DNA from: Desulfomonilia bacterium
Lineage (GTDB): Bacteria; Desulfobacterota; Desulfomonilia; UBA1062
Length of the DNA: 64,000 nucleotides
NCBI GenBank assembly: GCA_050014195.1
Contig: JBEKDT010000016.1
Span: forward strand, 32,001 to 96,000
Direction of reading: 5' to 3'
Shown: positions 1 to 9,949 of the stretch, piece by piece
How the letters are laid out: every line of letters starts with the position of its first letter
How positions within the stretch are numbered: the stretch's first letter is position 1
The notes under the pieces: model-generated
The model's input: the letters and a program-made list of their open reading frames with translations, nothing else
Told to the model about the DNA's origin: nothing
Database searches by the model: none
Position numbers and translations under genes: made by a program

Positions 1-1034
1 CCCCTGAGGTTGTTATTGAAGATCAGCCAATGGCCTCCCCTGAGGAATTGGTGCTCTGGCCAGTCCCATTTTTCACAGAGGAGCCGGACGAATTCAAAGG
101 GACAGAGCTGGTCTCCTTGTGAGGCTATGATAAGGATGCGGTCTTTGGGTATCTTCGGATAAAAATTGAGTGGGGAGTGAAACTCATAAACCTTTTGTGT
201 CTTCTTTAGGAATTCAGCATTGATTGGGAAAGGGAGTTTGGCGGTATCAGGGCCCAAGGTGCCTGATAAATTTACAACCGGCACCATCATGGCAGCAAAG
301 TTGACTATAGGCTGCAGGCATATAAACAGGGCTGCAAGGTATCCACCGAGGCTTGCACCTATTAGGCCGATGCTGCCGGCCCCAAGAATTTGGAGTACTT
401 TGCAGGTCGAATAAAGGTCATACATAGTCTGCCCCACGCACTCACACGTCATGGCCACATTATCGGGCTGCAGATAGATCCCTCGTTGTGCCTTGGATAT
501 AGGGGCCCTTTTCCAATGGAAAGGGGTTATGAAAAGGGCCACATCCAGACCCAGCTCGAACATCTTCCTGATCCTGAACATCCGTTGTGCCTGTCTTGGG
601 TTGCCTAACATGTACCCATGAAGGCAGAGAACCGTCTTGACATCATCCCTGCCGTGTGTCCACCTGACTATATAACATGTGCTGTTATTACGATGGGCAT
701 TGTAGCTCTCGCGAAGCATGGGATTTTGTGGTTCATAGCCGCTTGAAAATAAGATTAATTGATACTCGCCATCAAGATAAGGTCTTCTCAAGAGGATTTT
801 ATAGGTCGGGATCTCGTTGGGAAAGGTAAAAAAGCTTTTCGGATTCTCGGTAAACCCCTTCTGAATATAGAAATCGACATGCGATTCATATTCTGATCTC
901 GATATATTCCTTGGTCTCTTAAGATGTCTTAAGATCTTCGGCACAAGGAGAAAGAGATTGTCAACTATTCCGCCGAGAAACTCCTGTATGCCTTTCTCCC
1001 CATGAGTGAAATTTTGTGCTACTTCTTTACCCAT
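1..1034 (-). CDS. alpha/beta hydrolase (3' end runs off the window)
   Basis: Not in the ORF track. Manual translation from ATG 1034 (G-rich RBS upstream) is open to the window edge: MGKEVAQNF...VLCLHGY...GASLGG (nucleophile elbow)...GDQLCP (acid)...GGHW (His). Confidence 0.85.
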   Translation of the reverse strand, partial: MGKEVAQNFTHGEKGIQEFLGGIVDNLFLLVPKILRHLKRPRNISRSEYESHVDFYIQKGFTENPKSFFTFPNEIPTYKILLRRPYLDGEYQLILFSSGYEPQNPMLRESYNAHRNNSTCYIVRWTHGRDDVKTVLCLHGYMLGNPRQAQRMFRIRKMFELGLDVALFITPFHWKRAPISKAQRGIYLQPDNVAMTCECVGQTMYDLYSTCKVLQILGAGSIGLIGASLGGYLAALFICLQPIVNFAAMMVPVVNLSGTLGPDTAKLPFPINAEFLKKTQKVYEFHSPLNFYPKIPKDRILIIASQGDQLCPFEFVRLLCEKWDWPEHQFLRGGHWLIFNNNLR

Positions 1035-1139
1035 TAGACCCCCCTTGTTCAACAGTTCATGATGGTATCGGGTGAGAGAATATGCACTCCATCAGTAATA
1101 AGAATAGGTGAAACGAGAACTCGTCCTTAATTTAAACAG

Positions 1140-1976
1140 TTATTTTCGAGCGTACGACCATGCGATAAACCTGCTGAACCATGTGCACAGGATGACTGCG
1201 GTTACAGGGAATATCCGCGTGATCAGGTCCACGACCTTGGCATCGGTCCCTACCATGATGCGCCTCCGGTTCCGCTTGATCCCGGCGATGATGATTTGCG
1301 CCGCCTTGTCGGCAGTGGTCTTGAACAGCTCCTCTTCATAAAGGCATATGGACTTCTCCCGGGTCAATGAGTACATGGCCCGGTTGAATCGAGTATTCCG
1401 TGCAATATTGGTTTTGATCCCACCTGGGTGCACACAGCTCACATGAATGGTTGTGCCCTGCATCTCCTGGGCAAGGGTCTCGGTGTAGCCCTTGACCGCG
1501 AACTTGGCAGAGCAATATGGCCCGTTGTTCGGATTTGGCAGTATCCCGTTGATGCTCGAGATGTTCACCACGTGGCCCTCGGGTCGCGTCTTCAGGAACG
1601 GGAGAAAGGCCATGGTGCCGTACACCACGCCCCAGAAGTTGATGCCCATAAGCCATTCGAAGTCTTCCAGGGGCACGGTTTCCAGGAAATCGCCCAGGGC
1701 CACGCCCGCATTATTGATAATCATATCCACGTTGCCGTGGATGCATTCGGCCTCCTCGGCGAAGCGGAAGACCTGCTCACGGTCCGATACGTCAACGCTG
1801 TGGGTGGAGACCTTCACCCGGGTGCCAATGAGTGCGGCTGTCTCCTGAAGGCCTGCCTCGTCGATGTCCGCCAGGGCCAGGTGACAGCCCTCGGCGGCGA
1901 GGTTGACTGCCAGGGCCCTGCCGATGCCCGATGCGGCGCCTGTCACTGCTGCGACCTTATTCGCAAGGTTCTTCAT
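1140..1976 (-). CDS. short-chain dehydrogenase/reductase (SDR)
   Basis: TGAASGIG Rossmann motif, NNAG, YCSAK (YxxxK). Start moved to MKNLANK at 1976, behind a GAGGAG RBS. Confidence 0.93.
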   Translation of the reverse strand: MKNLANKVAAVTGAASGIGRALAVNLAAEGCHLALADIDEAGLQETAALIGTRVKVSTHSVDVSDREQVFRFAEEAECIHGNVDMIINNAGVALGDFLETVPLEDFEWLMGINFWGVVYGTMAFLPFLKTRPEGHVVNISSINGILPNPNNGPYCSAKFAVKGYTETLAQEMQGTTIHVSCVHPGGIKTNIARNTRFNRAMYSLTREKSICLYEEELFKTTADKAAQIIIAGIKRNRRRIMVGTDAKVVDLITRIFPVTAVILCTWFSRFIAWSYARK

Positions 1977-2010
1977 GAGTGTGCTCCTCTCTTGATATGA
2001 AATGTTCTGA

Positions 2011-3597
2011 TCAGGCGTTCCGGGCCGGGTTCTCCGCATCAAAGGTGTCGGGCGTGACCCCGAGGTTTTTCAGTTCGCCCTTCTTGACCCTGAAGGTCTC
2101 GGTCCGAGGGAAGTCGTCAACAAAACGGATGTAGCGCGGGATGGCGAACCTTGCGAGTTTGTCCTGTAAGAAACCCCACAGGTCTTTGGACGAGAGCTTC
2201 TGCCCGCCAACAAGCCTTACGGATGCCATGATCTCATCCTCGGTCATCTCGGAAGGCACCGCGTATACAGCAGCCTCCATCACGGCGGGGTGCTTGAGGA
2301 TGGCTTGCTCCACGTCATAAGCGGACACGTTCTCGCCTCTGCGGCGCATGGAGTCGGTAGATCTGCCCACGAAGTAAAGGTAACCGTTTTCGTCCTGGTA
2401 CACGAGGTCACCGGTGTATTCCCAATCGCCCCGGGTCTTCTCTCCTGTGGCACCGGGGTTCTTGTAGTATTCCACAGTGGTCTTCCGCTCGGGGTCAACC
2501 TGGAAGAGCAACTCTCCAGTGGTTTTAGCAGGTACGTCATTGCCCTTTTCGTCCACGACCCTGATAGTTGAGACATAGGACTTGCCGATGGAACCCTTGG
2601 GTCCGTCACCGAAGTTGGCGATGAAACCGCTGCCGTCGATGGCCGCATAGGCCTCCCAGATGGTGACATTAAATCGCTTCTCAAAGGGCTCCCAGAGGTC
2701 TGTCGGGCATCCGGCGGAGAAGACGTGGGTCACCCGGTGGTCTTTTTCGTGGGGGTTTGGCGGCGTCTTCATGAGGATGGGTATGATGGCACCAATGGTG
2801 TTGAAAAATGTGGCCTTGGACTGGTAGATCTCATCCCAGAAGTTCCTTGCAGAGAAGCGTTTGGAAAGCGCCACCGTGCAGCCCGCCACCAGTGACTGGG
2901 TGGTGGTGACGAACAAGGCGTTGCCGTGGAACAGAGGCAGCGCGGTGAAGTAGACCTTTTCCGGTGTCAGGAGCAGTTGCGCCAAGGGCCTTATCCTGTC
3001 CACGAGGTTCCTGTTGTACCTTGAGACCACACCCTTTGGAAGGCCGGTGGTTCCTGAAGTGTACATGAGGATGAGGATGTTGCTCTCGTCGAACTCCACA
3101 TTGGGTTTTGTTGATGGCAGATCCTTATTGTAGGCATCCTTCAGGTCCAGCATGCCGTCTGGAACTATGAACCCGGCAGGTGCCTCCAGGGTGTTCACGA
3201 TGATGGTCGTGATCTGGGGCGTCTTGTCGGCCACGCTCCGATAGAGGTCAATGAGGTCGTGGTCCACCACCAGGTACTTGGTATCGCTGTTGTCGATGAT
3301 GAAGGCCAGCCCATCGCCCCGCAGCGCGGTATTGACCGTGTTGATGTACATCCCGATCTTCTGGATGCCGAAGAACACATCCAGGAACTGGGGGGAGTTG
3401 CCCATAAGCACGGCCAGGCCATCCCCAGGTGCAGCGCCGAGCTTCAAGAGGTAATGTGCAAGGTGGTTCGCATTCCTGTCCGTTTCACCATAGGAAATGT
3501 ATCGATCTTGATAGACAAGATAGAGAAAGGGGCTGTCGGGACGCTGTACAGCCTGCTCCTCGAGAACTGAAACCCAGGTTGAAACCTTCTCGCTCAT
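2011..3597 (-). CDS. acyl-CoA synthetase (AMP-forming), CaiC-like
   Basis: YTSGTTGLPKG AMP-binding loop, LPLFHGNA, YTGD, MRRRGENVS. Confidence 0.92.
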   Translation of the reverse strand: MSEKVSTWVSVLEEQAVQRPDSPFLYLVYQDRYISYGETDRNANHLAHYLLKLGAAPGDGLAVLMGNSPQFLDVFFGIQKIGMYINTVNTALRGDGLAFIIDNSDTKYLVVDHDLIDLYRSVADKTPQITTIIVNTLEAPAGFIVPDGMLDLKDAYNKDLPSTKPNVEFDESNILILMYTSGTTGLPKGVVSRYNRNLVDRIRPLAQLLLTPEKVYFTALPLFHGNALFVTTTQSLVAGCTVALSKRFSARNFWDEIYQSKATFFNTIGAIIPILMKTPPNPHEKDHRVTHVFSAGCPTDLWEPFEKRFNVTIWEAYAAIDGSGFIANFGDGPKGSIGKSYVSTIRVVDEKGNDVPAKTTGELLFQVDPERKTTVEYYKNPGATGEKTRGDWEYTGDLVYQDENGYLYFVGRSTDSMRRRGENVSAYDVEQAILKHPAVMEAAVYAVPSEMTEDEIMASVRLVGGQKLSSKDLWGFLQDKLARFAIPRYIRFVDDFPRTETFRVKKGELKNLGVTPDTFDAENPARNA

Positions 3598-3656
3598 GGA
3601 TCCCTCCCGTTTAGGTTTTTTGTTGTAGGGCGACTTCTATCACAAATAGATTTTCA

Positions 3657-3980
3657 TCAATCCGTAAAGAGCCGTGGCGTCTTGATCTCGCCATGCTCGA
3701 TGGGCTTGTAGAAATATTTGGCGATTAATGGCTTTTTCATGATGACCGCATCCTTAGGGCAGATGGCCGAGCAGCACCCGCAGAACATGCACTGGTTCTC
3801 CGGGAACGGCTTCATGGAAGGCCTGGTGTCGAAGGCGATGGCTGCACCGGGGCAGATCTTGGCGCACATGCCGCACTTGATGCATTTTGTCTCGTCGAAC
3901 GCAACCTCCCCGAAGCTCAATTCATCGGGATTGTCATAGTCCGGGATCTTGAAAAATTCGCGAAGACTGAAATTACCCAT
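3657..3980 (-). CDS. 2x[4Fe-4S] ferredoxin-like protein
   Basis: Two CxxCxxCxxxCP motifs (CIKCGMCAKICP, CMFCGCCSAICP). Confidence 0.9.
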   Translation of the reverse strand: MGNFSLREFFKIPDYDNPDELSFGEVAFDETKCIKCGMCAKICPGAAIAFDTRPSMKPFPENQCMFCGCCSAICPKDAVIMKKPLIAKYFYKPIEHGEIKTPRLFTD

Positions 3981-3994
3981 GGTCTGCCTCCTTC

Positions 3995-4738
3995 CTAGTA
4001 GATGACCTGTTTGACGCCGCTCTCATACCAGTCCACCGCGTGGGTCTGGCGCGCGACCATGCCGTTGGGATCCCCCATTGGCCACCCGATGGCAATGCTC
4101 GACAGGAACTTGAAGGGGTAGCCGATGCCGAAGTACTTCTTCCACTTGCGCATGTAATCGAAGGCCGGCCGGACAAAGCCCACCCAGCAGGTGCCGAGCC
4201 CCATGCTGTGGGCGGCCAGCACCATGTTCTGACCCGCGATACCGCAGTCGAGCTCGGGGCAGCTCACGCCACGCACGTCTGCGAAGATGAGTATGACCGT
4301 GGGCGCGCCGTGCCACAGGCCCAGCTTCCTGTCCGCGATCATGGGGATGGCACCGAAGGGCACCGGGTGGAGGTCGTTCTTGCGTATGCGGGTGTTGAAT
4401 TTCACCATGGGCCGTATCCAAGAGGCCCCGGGCTTGCGGTAGTCCACCATATTCCTTAAGATATCGCAGATATTGACCACATCGTCGGTCATGGCATTGA
4501 TGATGCTCGGGTCACGCAGGACAATGAACTTCCAGGGCTGGCAGTTCCCGGCGGACGGGGCGAACCTGCCTGCCTCCAGGATGCGCTTGATCATGAACTC
4601 CGGTACCTGATCGTGCTTGTAGAGACGTACGCTCCTGCGCTGCAGGATTACCTTTTCCGTCTCGGTGAACCCCTGTTTGAGGCGTTCAACACACTCATCC
4701 TTTCCTACCCTTTTCGGTTTCCTCTCGATCTCGGGCAT
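3995..4738 (-). CDS. nitroreductase-family flavoprotein
   Basis: RRSVRLY, APSAGNCQPW, GQNMVLAAHSMGLGTCW. Confidence 0.92.
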   Translation of the reverse strand: MPEIERKPKRVGKDECVERLKQGFTETEKVILQRRSVRLYKHDQVPEFMIKRILEAGRFAPSAGNCQPWKFIVLRDPSIINAMTDDVVNICDILRNMVDYRKPGASWIRPMVKFNTRIRKNDLHPVPFGAIPMIADRKLGLWHGAPTVILIFADVRGVSCPELDCGIAGQNMVLAAHSMGLGTCWVGFVRPAFDYMRKWKKYFGIGYPFKFLSSIAIGWPMGDPNGMVARQTHAVDWYESGVKQVIY

Positions 4739-4760
4739 TGCTCAACCTCCTTTTGACAGG

Positions 4761-6014
4761 CTATTTCACCTTCTCCAGGATATGGATGGCCATGGCAGCC
4801 TCGCCCATACCCAAAAATCCGCCGCCGTTTTCCGCCATGGCGATCCTGCATCCATCAACCTGCCGTTTTTCCGCTTCACCCCGCAGGTGTGTTACGAGCT
4901 CATAAATCTGTGCCAGACCCGATGCGCCGATGGGATGGCCACGGGCCATGAGCCCGCCGCTCGGGTTGATGGGGATCTTTCCGCCGATGGCCGTGGCACC
5001 GCCCTCGGCAAAGGGACCGCCTTGGCCTTCCGGGCAGAACCCCATCTGCTCGGTCTGGTAGAGCTCCCCGAAAGCCGTGGCGTCATGGACCTCGGCCGCC
5101 TGGATGTCCTCCGGTCCCATTCCGGCCATGTCGTAGGCCGCACGGGATGCCCTAAAACAAATGTCGCTCATGCCTTCGCGTTTACCTGATTTCAACACTG
5201 AGGCACGGATGGCGATGGCCCTTTTCTTGCCGTGCTTTTTCATGAATTTCTTGCTGCAGACGATGGCTGCTGCGGCACCGTCTCCGATGGGCGCGCACAT
5301 AGCCCGTGTCAGGGGCCATGCCACCTCACGGTCCGCCAATACCTCTTCCACGGACATGGGGAAGGTGTACTGGGCTAGGGGGTTGAGGGTGGAGTTGTTG
5401 TGTGCCTTGGCCGCGATTACGGCAAGCTGTCTCTGGGTGGTTCCGTAGCGCTCCATATGCATGCGGGCCCCCATGGCATAGAGGTCCATGAACGAGGAGT
5501 GGCCTCCTGGCTTCTCTTGGACAGCCTTCTCTCCCATGAGCTTGGCGCGCTCCTCCTTGTGCTTTTTCGCTTCCTCCTGGAGCTTGGCGATGAGCTGCAT
5601 GGTCACCTCTACGTCGGTGCCGGAGATGAAACCCTCCATGGTCTTGGCCCTATCCTCGCTATAGAGCTTCTCGGTGCCGATGGCGAGCACGCAGTCGAAC
5701 TGTCCGGCCTTGACGGCCATCCATGCCCCGTTCAGGGCTGTTGAGGCGCTGGCGCAGGCGTTTTCCACATTGGTGATGGGTATGCCCTCAAGCCCGTTGG
5801 CCGAGAGCGCTACCTGGCCCCTAATGCAGTGCTGGAACGATGCGATACCCCAGGACGAGTTCGAGAACCATGCCGCTTCGATGTCGTTCTTTCCCAGGCC
5901 GCAGTCCTTCAGGACCAGGTCGAGCGCTTCCCCGGTCAGGGCCTTGATGCCCCTGTCCAGGTACTTGCCGAACTTGATCATCCCTACGCCAATGATGTAG
6001 ACATCGTCACTCAT
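4761..6014 (-). CDS. thiolase, SCP2/SCP-x (lipid-transfer protein) type
   Basis: NVENACASAS (catalytic Cys), EVHDA, NPSGG...GHPIGASG, ENGGG. Confidence 0.9.
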   Translation of the reverse strand: MSDDVYIIGVGMIKFGKYLDRGIKALTGEALDLVLKDCGLGKNDIEAAWFSNSSWGIASFQHCIRGQVALSANGLEGIPITNVENACASASTALNGAWMAVKAGQFDCVLAIGTEKLYSEDRAKTMEGFISGTDVEVTMQLIAKLQEEAKKHKEERAKLMGEKAVQEKPGGHSSFMDLYAMGARMHMERYGTTQRQLAVIAAKAHNNSTLNPLAQYTFPMSVEEVLADREVAWPLTRAMCAPIGDGAAAAIVCSKKFMKKHGKKRAIAIRASVLKSGKREGMSDICFRASRAAYDMAGMGPEDIQAAEVHDATAFGELYQTEQMGFCPEGQGGPFAEGGATAIGGKIPINPSGGLMARGHPIGASGLAQIYELVTHLRGEAEKRQVDGCRIAMAENGGGFLGMGEAAMAIHILEKVK

Positions 6015-6030
6015 GATGAACCTCCTAAAG

Positions 6031-7041
6031 TCATTTAAGTTTGTTCAAGAATTCATCTCCCTGCAGCATGTCGATAACCTCTTGAATGGATGCACGTTCT
6101 TCCTTAGGCACTTCCACCATTTTTTGGAGGAATGATGCGTATTCCGGCAGCGCCTTCTTGGTCATGGGCGATGCAAAGCACTTTATGGTCTGCTCCATCT
6201 CGAGGCTCAGGCCATGGCGGAGCGAGGTCTCGAACCCTTCATGGACAGCCAGCTTCGTTCCGGCAACAGCGACCGGGATGCGTCTGGCCATGATGTCGGC
6301 GAATTCCTGCACCCTGTGAAGGAACTCGACCTTGGCAAAGTGATCGGTAATCAGCCCCATGGCCTTGGCCTCCGGCGGTGTGAGTTGCTTGCCAGTGAGC
6401 ATGAGCTCCAAGGCCCTGGCCTTGCCGATGAGCCTGGGCAAACGCTGGGTGCTGCCGCCGCCCGCGATGATTCCTATAAGGACCTCGGGCTGGCCGATGG
6501 TGAAGTCCTGGTCATGAATCATGAACCTAAAGTCGAAGCAGGCCGACAGCTCGGTACCGCCGCCGTTGCATGGGCCGTTGATGGCCGCGATGGTTATCTT
6601 GCCCATGCGCTCGATGGCAAGATAGAGCCGATGCATCTGGAACCAGAGGAAGAGGGTTGAGGAATAGCTCCGGATTGCCTTGAAATTCTTCAGGGTGAGT
6701 GTCTCATAACCCGGTACCCAGTCCATGAGCCAGTTCGACAGTGTGGTGAGATACGCGAACAACCTGCCCAGAAACCTCATCCGGAAGATCCTGTCCATCA
6801 TGATCTTCTCGTTGTCTGGTGAGATCCTCACGAGTTCTGGGATGGAGAAGTGCATGATGTAGATATCTTCAATACCGCCCGTGAGGATGAAGACCCTGAT
6901 GGACGGGTCCTTCTCCACCTTCCTGACCAGACAGAAGAGCTCTTCGCAGATATCCGTGGTGAGAAAGTTGACCGGCGGGTTGTGGATTTCGACCCACAGG
7001 GTGGCGCCCACCTGCCGCGTTTTCAGATAGCTGTACTCCAT
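6031..7041 (-). CDS. enoyl-CoA hydratase/isomerase (crotonase family)
   Basis: HNPPVN, IAAINGPCNGGGTE, GQPEVLIGIIAGGGSTQRLPRLIG. Confidence 0.9.
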   Translation of the reverse strand: MEYSYLKTRQVGATLWVEIHNPPVNFLTTDICEELFCLVRKVEKDPSIRVFILTGGIEDIYIMHFSIPELVRISPDNEKIMMDRIFRMRFLGRLFAYLTTLSNWLMDWVPGYETLTLKNFKAIRSYSSTLFLWFQMHRLYLAIERMGKITIAAINGPCNGGGTELSACFDFRFMIHDQDFTIGQPEVLIGIIAGGGSTQRLPRLIGKARALELMLTGKQLTPPEAKAMGLITDHFAKVEFLHRVQEFADIMARRIPVAVAGTKLAVHEGFETSLRHGLSLEMEQTIKCFASPMTKKALPEYASFLQKMVEVPKEERASIQEVIDMLQGDEFLNKLK

Positions 7042-7167
7042 GGTGTCCTCCTCTTACAAACGGCCTTACCGCTCTGTCGGGAACGCCTCATCAGGCCCGA
7101 CCCAGGGCTCAGGCAGGCCCATGAGCACAAGGGGAAGATATTCCTGTCTGCCAGATCCTTTCCCTTG

Positions 7168-8316
7168 CTAGAATGTTGCGGCACAGGTGTCCTCCAGCCC
7201 GGCGATCTGACGGATAATACCGATCTTCTTCAGAGGCGCGATCCCGAGCAGAGCCTGGACCTGCCTGGCGTCACGGTAGCGCTTCTCCTGGCCGTAGTCC
7301 TTCATGTACCCGTTACCACCCAGCACCTGTATCCCATCGGTGACCGCCTCGCAGGCCAACTCGTGGATGTGGATCGCCGCAGCAGTAACGCTGGGGCCCC
7401 AGTCTTCACCGCCGAGGTCGATGGCCTGGCAGGACTGGGCCACGCACATCTCGGCTACGTTAACCTTGATGGCCATGCCGGCCAGCAGCATGCTCACCTC
7501 GCTCCAGTTGATGATCTCGCAGCCGCCCTGGAAGCGCTCCTTGGCATAGGCCATGGCCTCATTGAAGGATCCCCTCATGATGCCTGCGTTCATGGCCCCT
7601 GCGGCTGCATGCATCAGTCGGGAGGCCTTCTCGAAGTAAGCCCTGCCTTTTCCTTCTTCTCCGATGAGCTTTGCCTTCACCCCCTTCAGGGAGATATCCA
7701 CGCCGGGGCAAGCATGCAGTCCCAGGCTGAAGATAGGGTTGCTCTTGACGATGCCCTTGTCGGCCAAGTCCACAAGAAACAGGGAGTAGGCAGATCCCGC
7801 ATGAATGCGAGCCGGGATTATGGCACGGGAAGCCAGCCCGCCCAGTACGAGGAACTCGATTGTACCGGTGAGGACATATTCCTTGCCCGACTTGGCTGCC
7901 CTGGGGAGCGTGCTCACCTGGGCCGGGTTCACAAAGACAGGGAAGGCCACCAGGAACTCACCAGCCGAGGCTGCCTTATGAAAGATTGTGCCCGGGAGCT
8001 TTTCTGCCCCGGCACAGAGCATAATCTCCTGGGCCAGGGCATTGGTGAAGATTATGCCGCCCAGCGAGGCGTCGGTCTGGCAGATGTTCTGAAGGATCAC
8101 GCAAAGCGTGCCGATGCCTCCCCCGATGCCACCGAGCTCCTCGGGGAGTAAGACGCCCAGAAAACCCACCTCGTATGCCTTGTCGAGCACACTGGTGAAG
8201 AATTCTCCGAAGGGGTAGCGGTCATGCTCCTCCACCTTCTTGGCAAGTTCCTTGGCGGCAAAGGACCGGGCGAGGTCCTCAAAGGGCAATAGATCGGGCT
8301 TGAGTGAGGTCAGCAT
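7168..8316 (-). CDS. acyl-CoA dehydrogenase family protein, divergent (probable partner subunit)
   Basis: PEELGGIG, YAKERFQGG, IQVLGGNGYMKDY..EKRYRDAR. Lacks the TEP and IYEGT motifs. Confidence 0.88.
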   Translation of the reverse strand: MLTSLKPDLLPFEDLARSFAAKELAKKVEEHDRYPFGEFFTSVLDKAYEVGFLGVLLPEELGGIGGGIGTLCVILQNICQTDASLGGIIFTNALAQEIMLCAGAEKLPGTIFHKAASAGEFLVAFPVFVNPAQVSTLPRAAKSGKEYVLTGTIEFLVLGGLASRAIIPARIHAGSAYSLFLVDLADKGIVKSNPIFSLGLHACPGVDISLKGVKAKLIGEEGKGRAYFEKASRLMHAAAGAMNAGIMRGSFNEAMAYAKERFQGGCEIINWSEVSMLLAGMAIKVNVAEMCVAQSCQAIDLGGEDWGPSVTAAAIHIHELACEAVTDGIQVLGGNGYMKDYGQEKRYRDARQVQALLGIAPLKKIGIIRQIAGLEDTCAATF

Positions 8317-8331
8317 TGGAGTCTCCTTTCC

Positions 8332-9837
8332 TTATTCTTCAAAGACCTTGGCCTGCGGGACCGCAGGGGCGATGAGACACTTGAAAGCATTGAGCCGGTT
8401 GAGCTGGTTGGTGCCCTCATAGATCTGAAGGAGCTTGGCGTCGCGTAGGATCTTCTCCGCTCCAGCATCCTGCCTGAGCCCAGTTGAGCCCATGAGCTCG
8501 AGGGCCATCTGGCAGTTCCTGACGCCGATATCCGTGCCCGCGAACTTAGCCAGCGATGCCCATCCCGAGCAGCACCGCTGGTCTTGCGGCTTGGCCCAGT
8601 CGAAATAGACCTTTCCCATGAACTTCCTGAAGTAGTCCTTTTCCATGACGGGTGCGATAACGGTATCGAAGTAGGCTTTGGGCATGAGAAGGTAGTAGTA
8701 ATAGAAGGGCTTGAGCTGCAGGAGTTGGTACATGCCGCGGTGGCTGTTTGCATAGTTGGCCTCCACATAGGCTAGCCTACCCAGGGCTACGTTCTTGTAC
8801 ATCTCGGCGAGTATGCACTGCACCCACTCGTTGTTGATGAGCAGCTTGCCGTTCACCTCGGTGGTGGAGGCATACTTGAGTGCCGCCTCGAAGGCACCCC
8901 GGGCCGCACCTACGCCGAAGGCACATACGCCGGGCCTCGTGGCCGAGACCACGTAGTCGATGTAATGCTGGGAAATATCTCTGACAGGTTTGTTGGTGAT
9001 CTGTTTCGCCATATCAGTGTCGAAGAGCACGAGCTCGTCCGGGATGAAACAGTCCTCGAAGATGAGCACGCTGGCCGGGCAGGCCCGCTGCCCCATCTTA
9101 TTCTCGTGGGTGCCGAAGGAGAATCCCTTCATGCCAGCCTTCACCATGAGGGCAACCGTGGTTTCCGAAGGCTTCTTGAGGTCGGTGTATGCATAGAGCA
9201 CGGTCCAGGTGGATACGTGCCCCATGGAGATGAACACCTTGGTGCCATTGACGATGTAGCCGTCCTTGACCCGTTTTGCATGGCACGTGATCTTGCCCTT
9301 GTCCGCAAGATCCACCTCCTCCACGTCGGTGCCAGCTGTAGGTTCGGTAATGGCCAGTGCGATGAGGCATGGTTTGCCGGTCTTTTCACCTTCGATTACC
9401 TCACTAAGGATCCGCTTGGTAAGGCGGGCATTGGCTGAAGACATGACGCCGGCAACTCCCAGATAGTGCACGCCAATAACATTCGCGATGCCGAGGCAGA
9501 CCGAGCCAACCTCTTCAACAAAGTAGGACATGGATGGCATGTTGTAGCCTTTGCCTCCGAACATCTTCGGTATCCACATGGTGTAGAATCCCCACCTGTT
9601 GCACAATTCCACCAGGTCCCAAGGCATGTAATCCGGGTCTTCGTGGGTCTTCCGGTCGAGCTCAAGGGCTATAGGCCTTGCAACCTCCTGGTTGAACTTC
9701 CGGGCAATGGCGATGATCTCCCTTGTCTGCCTGACCATGTGCTTAGGCATCCTTGGGGCATAGGGCAGGCTCAGATGGGTGTCCTCAAACTTGGGGAACA
9801 GGGATAGTCGAGCCGAAACTTCTGATCTGGACAGCAT
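8332..9837 (-). CDS. acyl-CoA dehydrogenase
   Basis: AITEPTAGTD, NGTKVFIS, KMGQRA, RDAKLLQIYEGTNQ. Start moved to MLSRSEV (9837), behind AAGGAGG. Confidence 0.92.
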   Translation of the reverse strand: MLSRSEVSARLSLFPKFEDTHLSLPYAPRMPKHMVRQTREIIAIARKFNQEVARPIALELDRKTHEDPDYMPWDLVELCNRWGFYTMWIPKMFGGKGYNMPSMSYFVEEVGSVCLGIANVIGVHYLGVAGVMSSANARLTKRILSEVIEGEKTGKPCLIALAITEPTAGTDVEEVDLADKGKITCHAKRVKDGYIVNGTKVFISMGHVSTWTVLYAYTDLKKPSETTVALMVKAGMKGFSFGTHENKMGQRACPASVLIFEDCFIPDELVLFDTDMAKQITNKPVRDISQHYIDYVVSATRPGVCAFGVGAARGAFEAALKYASTTEVNGKLLINNEWVQCILAEMYKNVALGRLAYVEANYANSHRGMYQLLQLKPFYYYYLLMPKAYFDTVIAPVMEKDYFRKFMGKVYFDWAKPQDQRCCSGWASLAKFAGTDIGVRNCQMALELMGSTGLRQDAGAEKILRDAKLLQIYEGTNQLNRLNAFKCLIAPAVPQAKVFEE

Positions 9838-9949
9838 AGCACCCTCCTTTTTGCTGAACATGTACTCCAACAAGCGGGCCTTTAGCCCAGCCAATAAAAA
9901 AACCGCACTACTGTATTCCTATATGGCTCCCAAACGGCTCCTATGATTG

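Noticed and set aside
6850-8151. 433-aa + strand ORF, and similar long antisense ORFs such as 14814-15935 and 60776-61528
   Set aside because: Antisense shadows of well-supported genes in GC-rich DNA, with no recognisable motifs.
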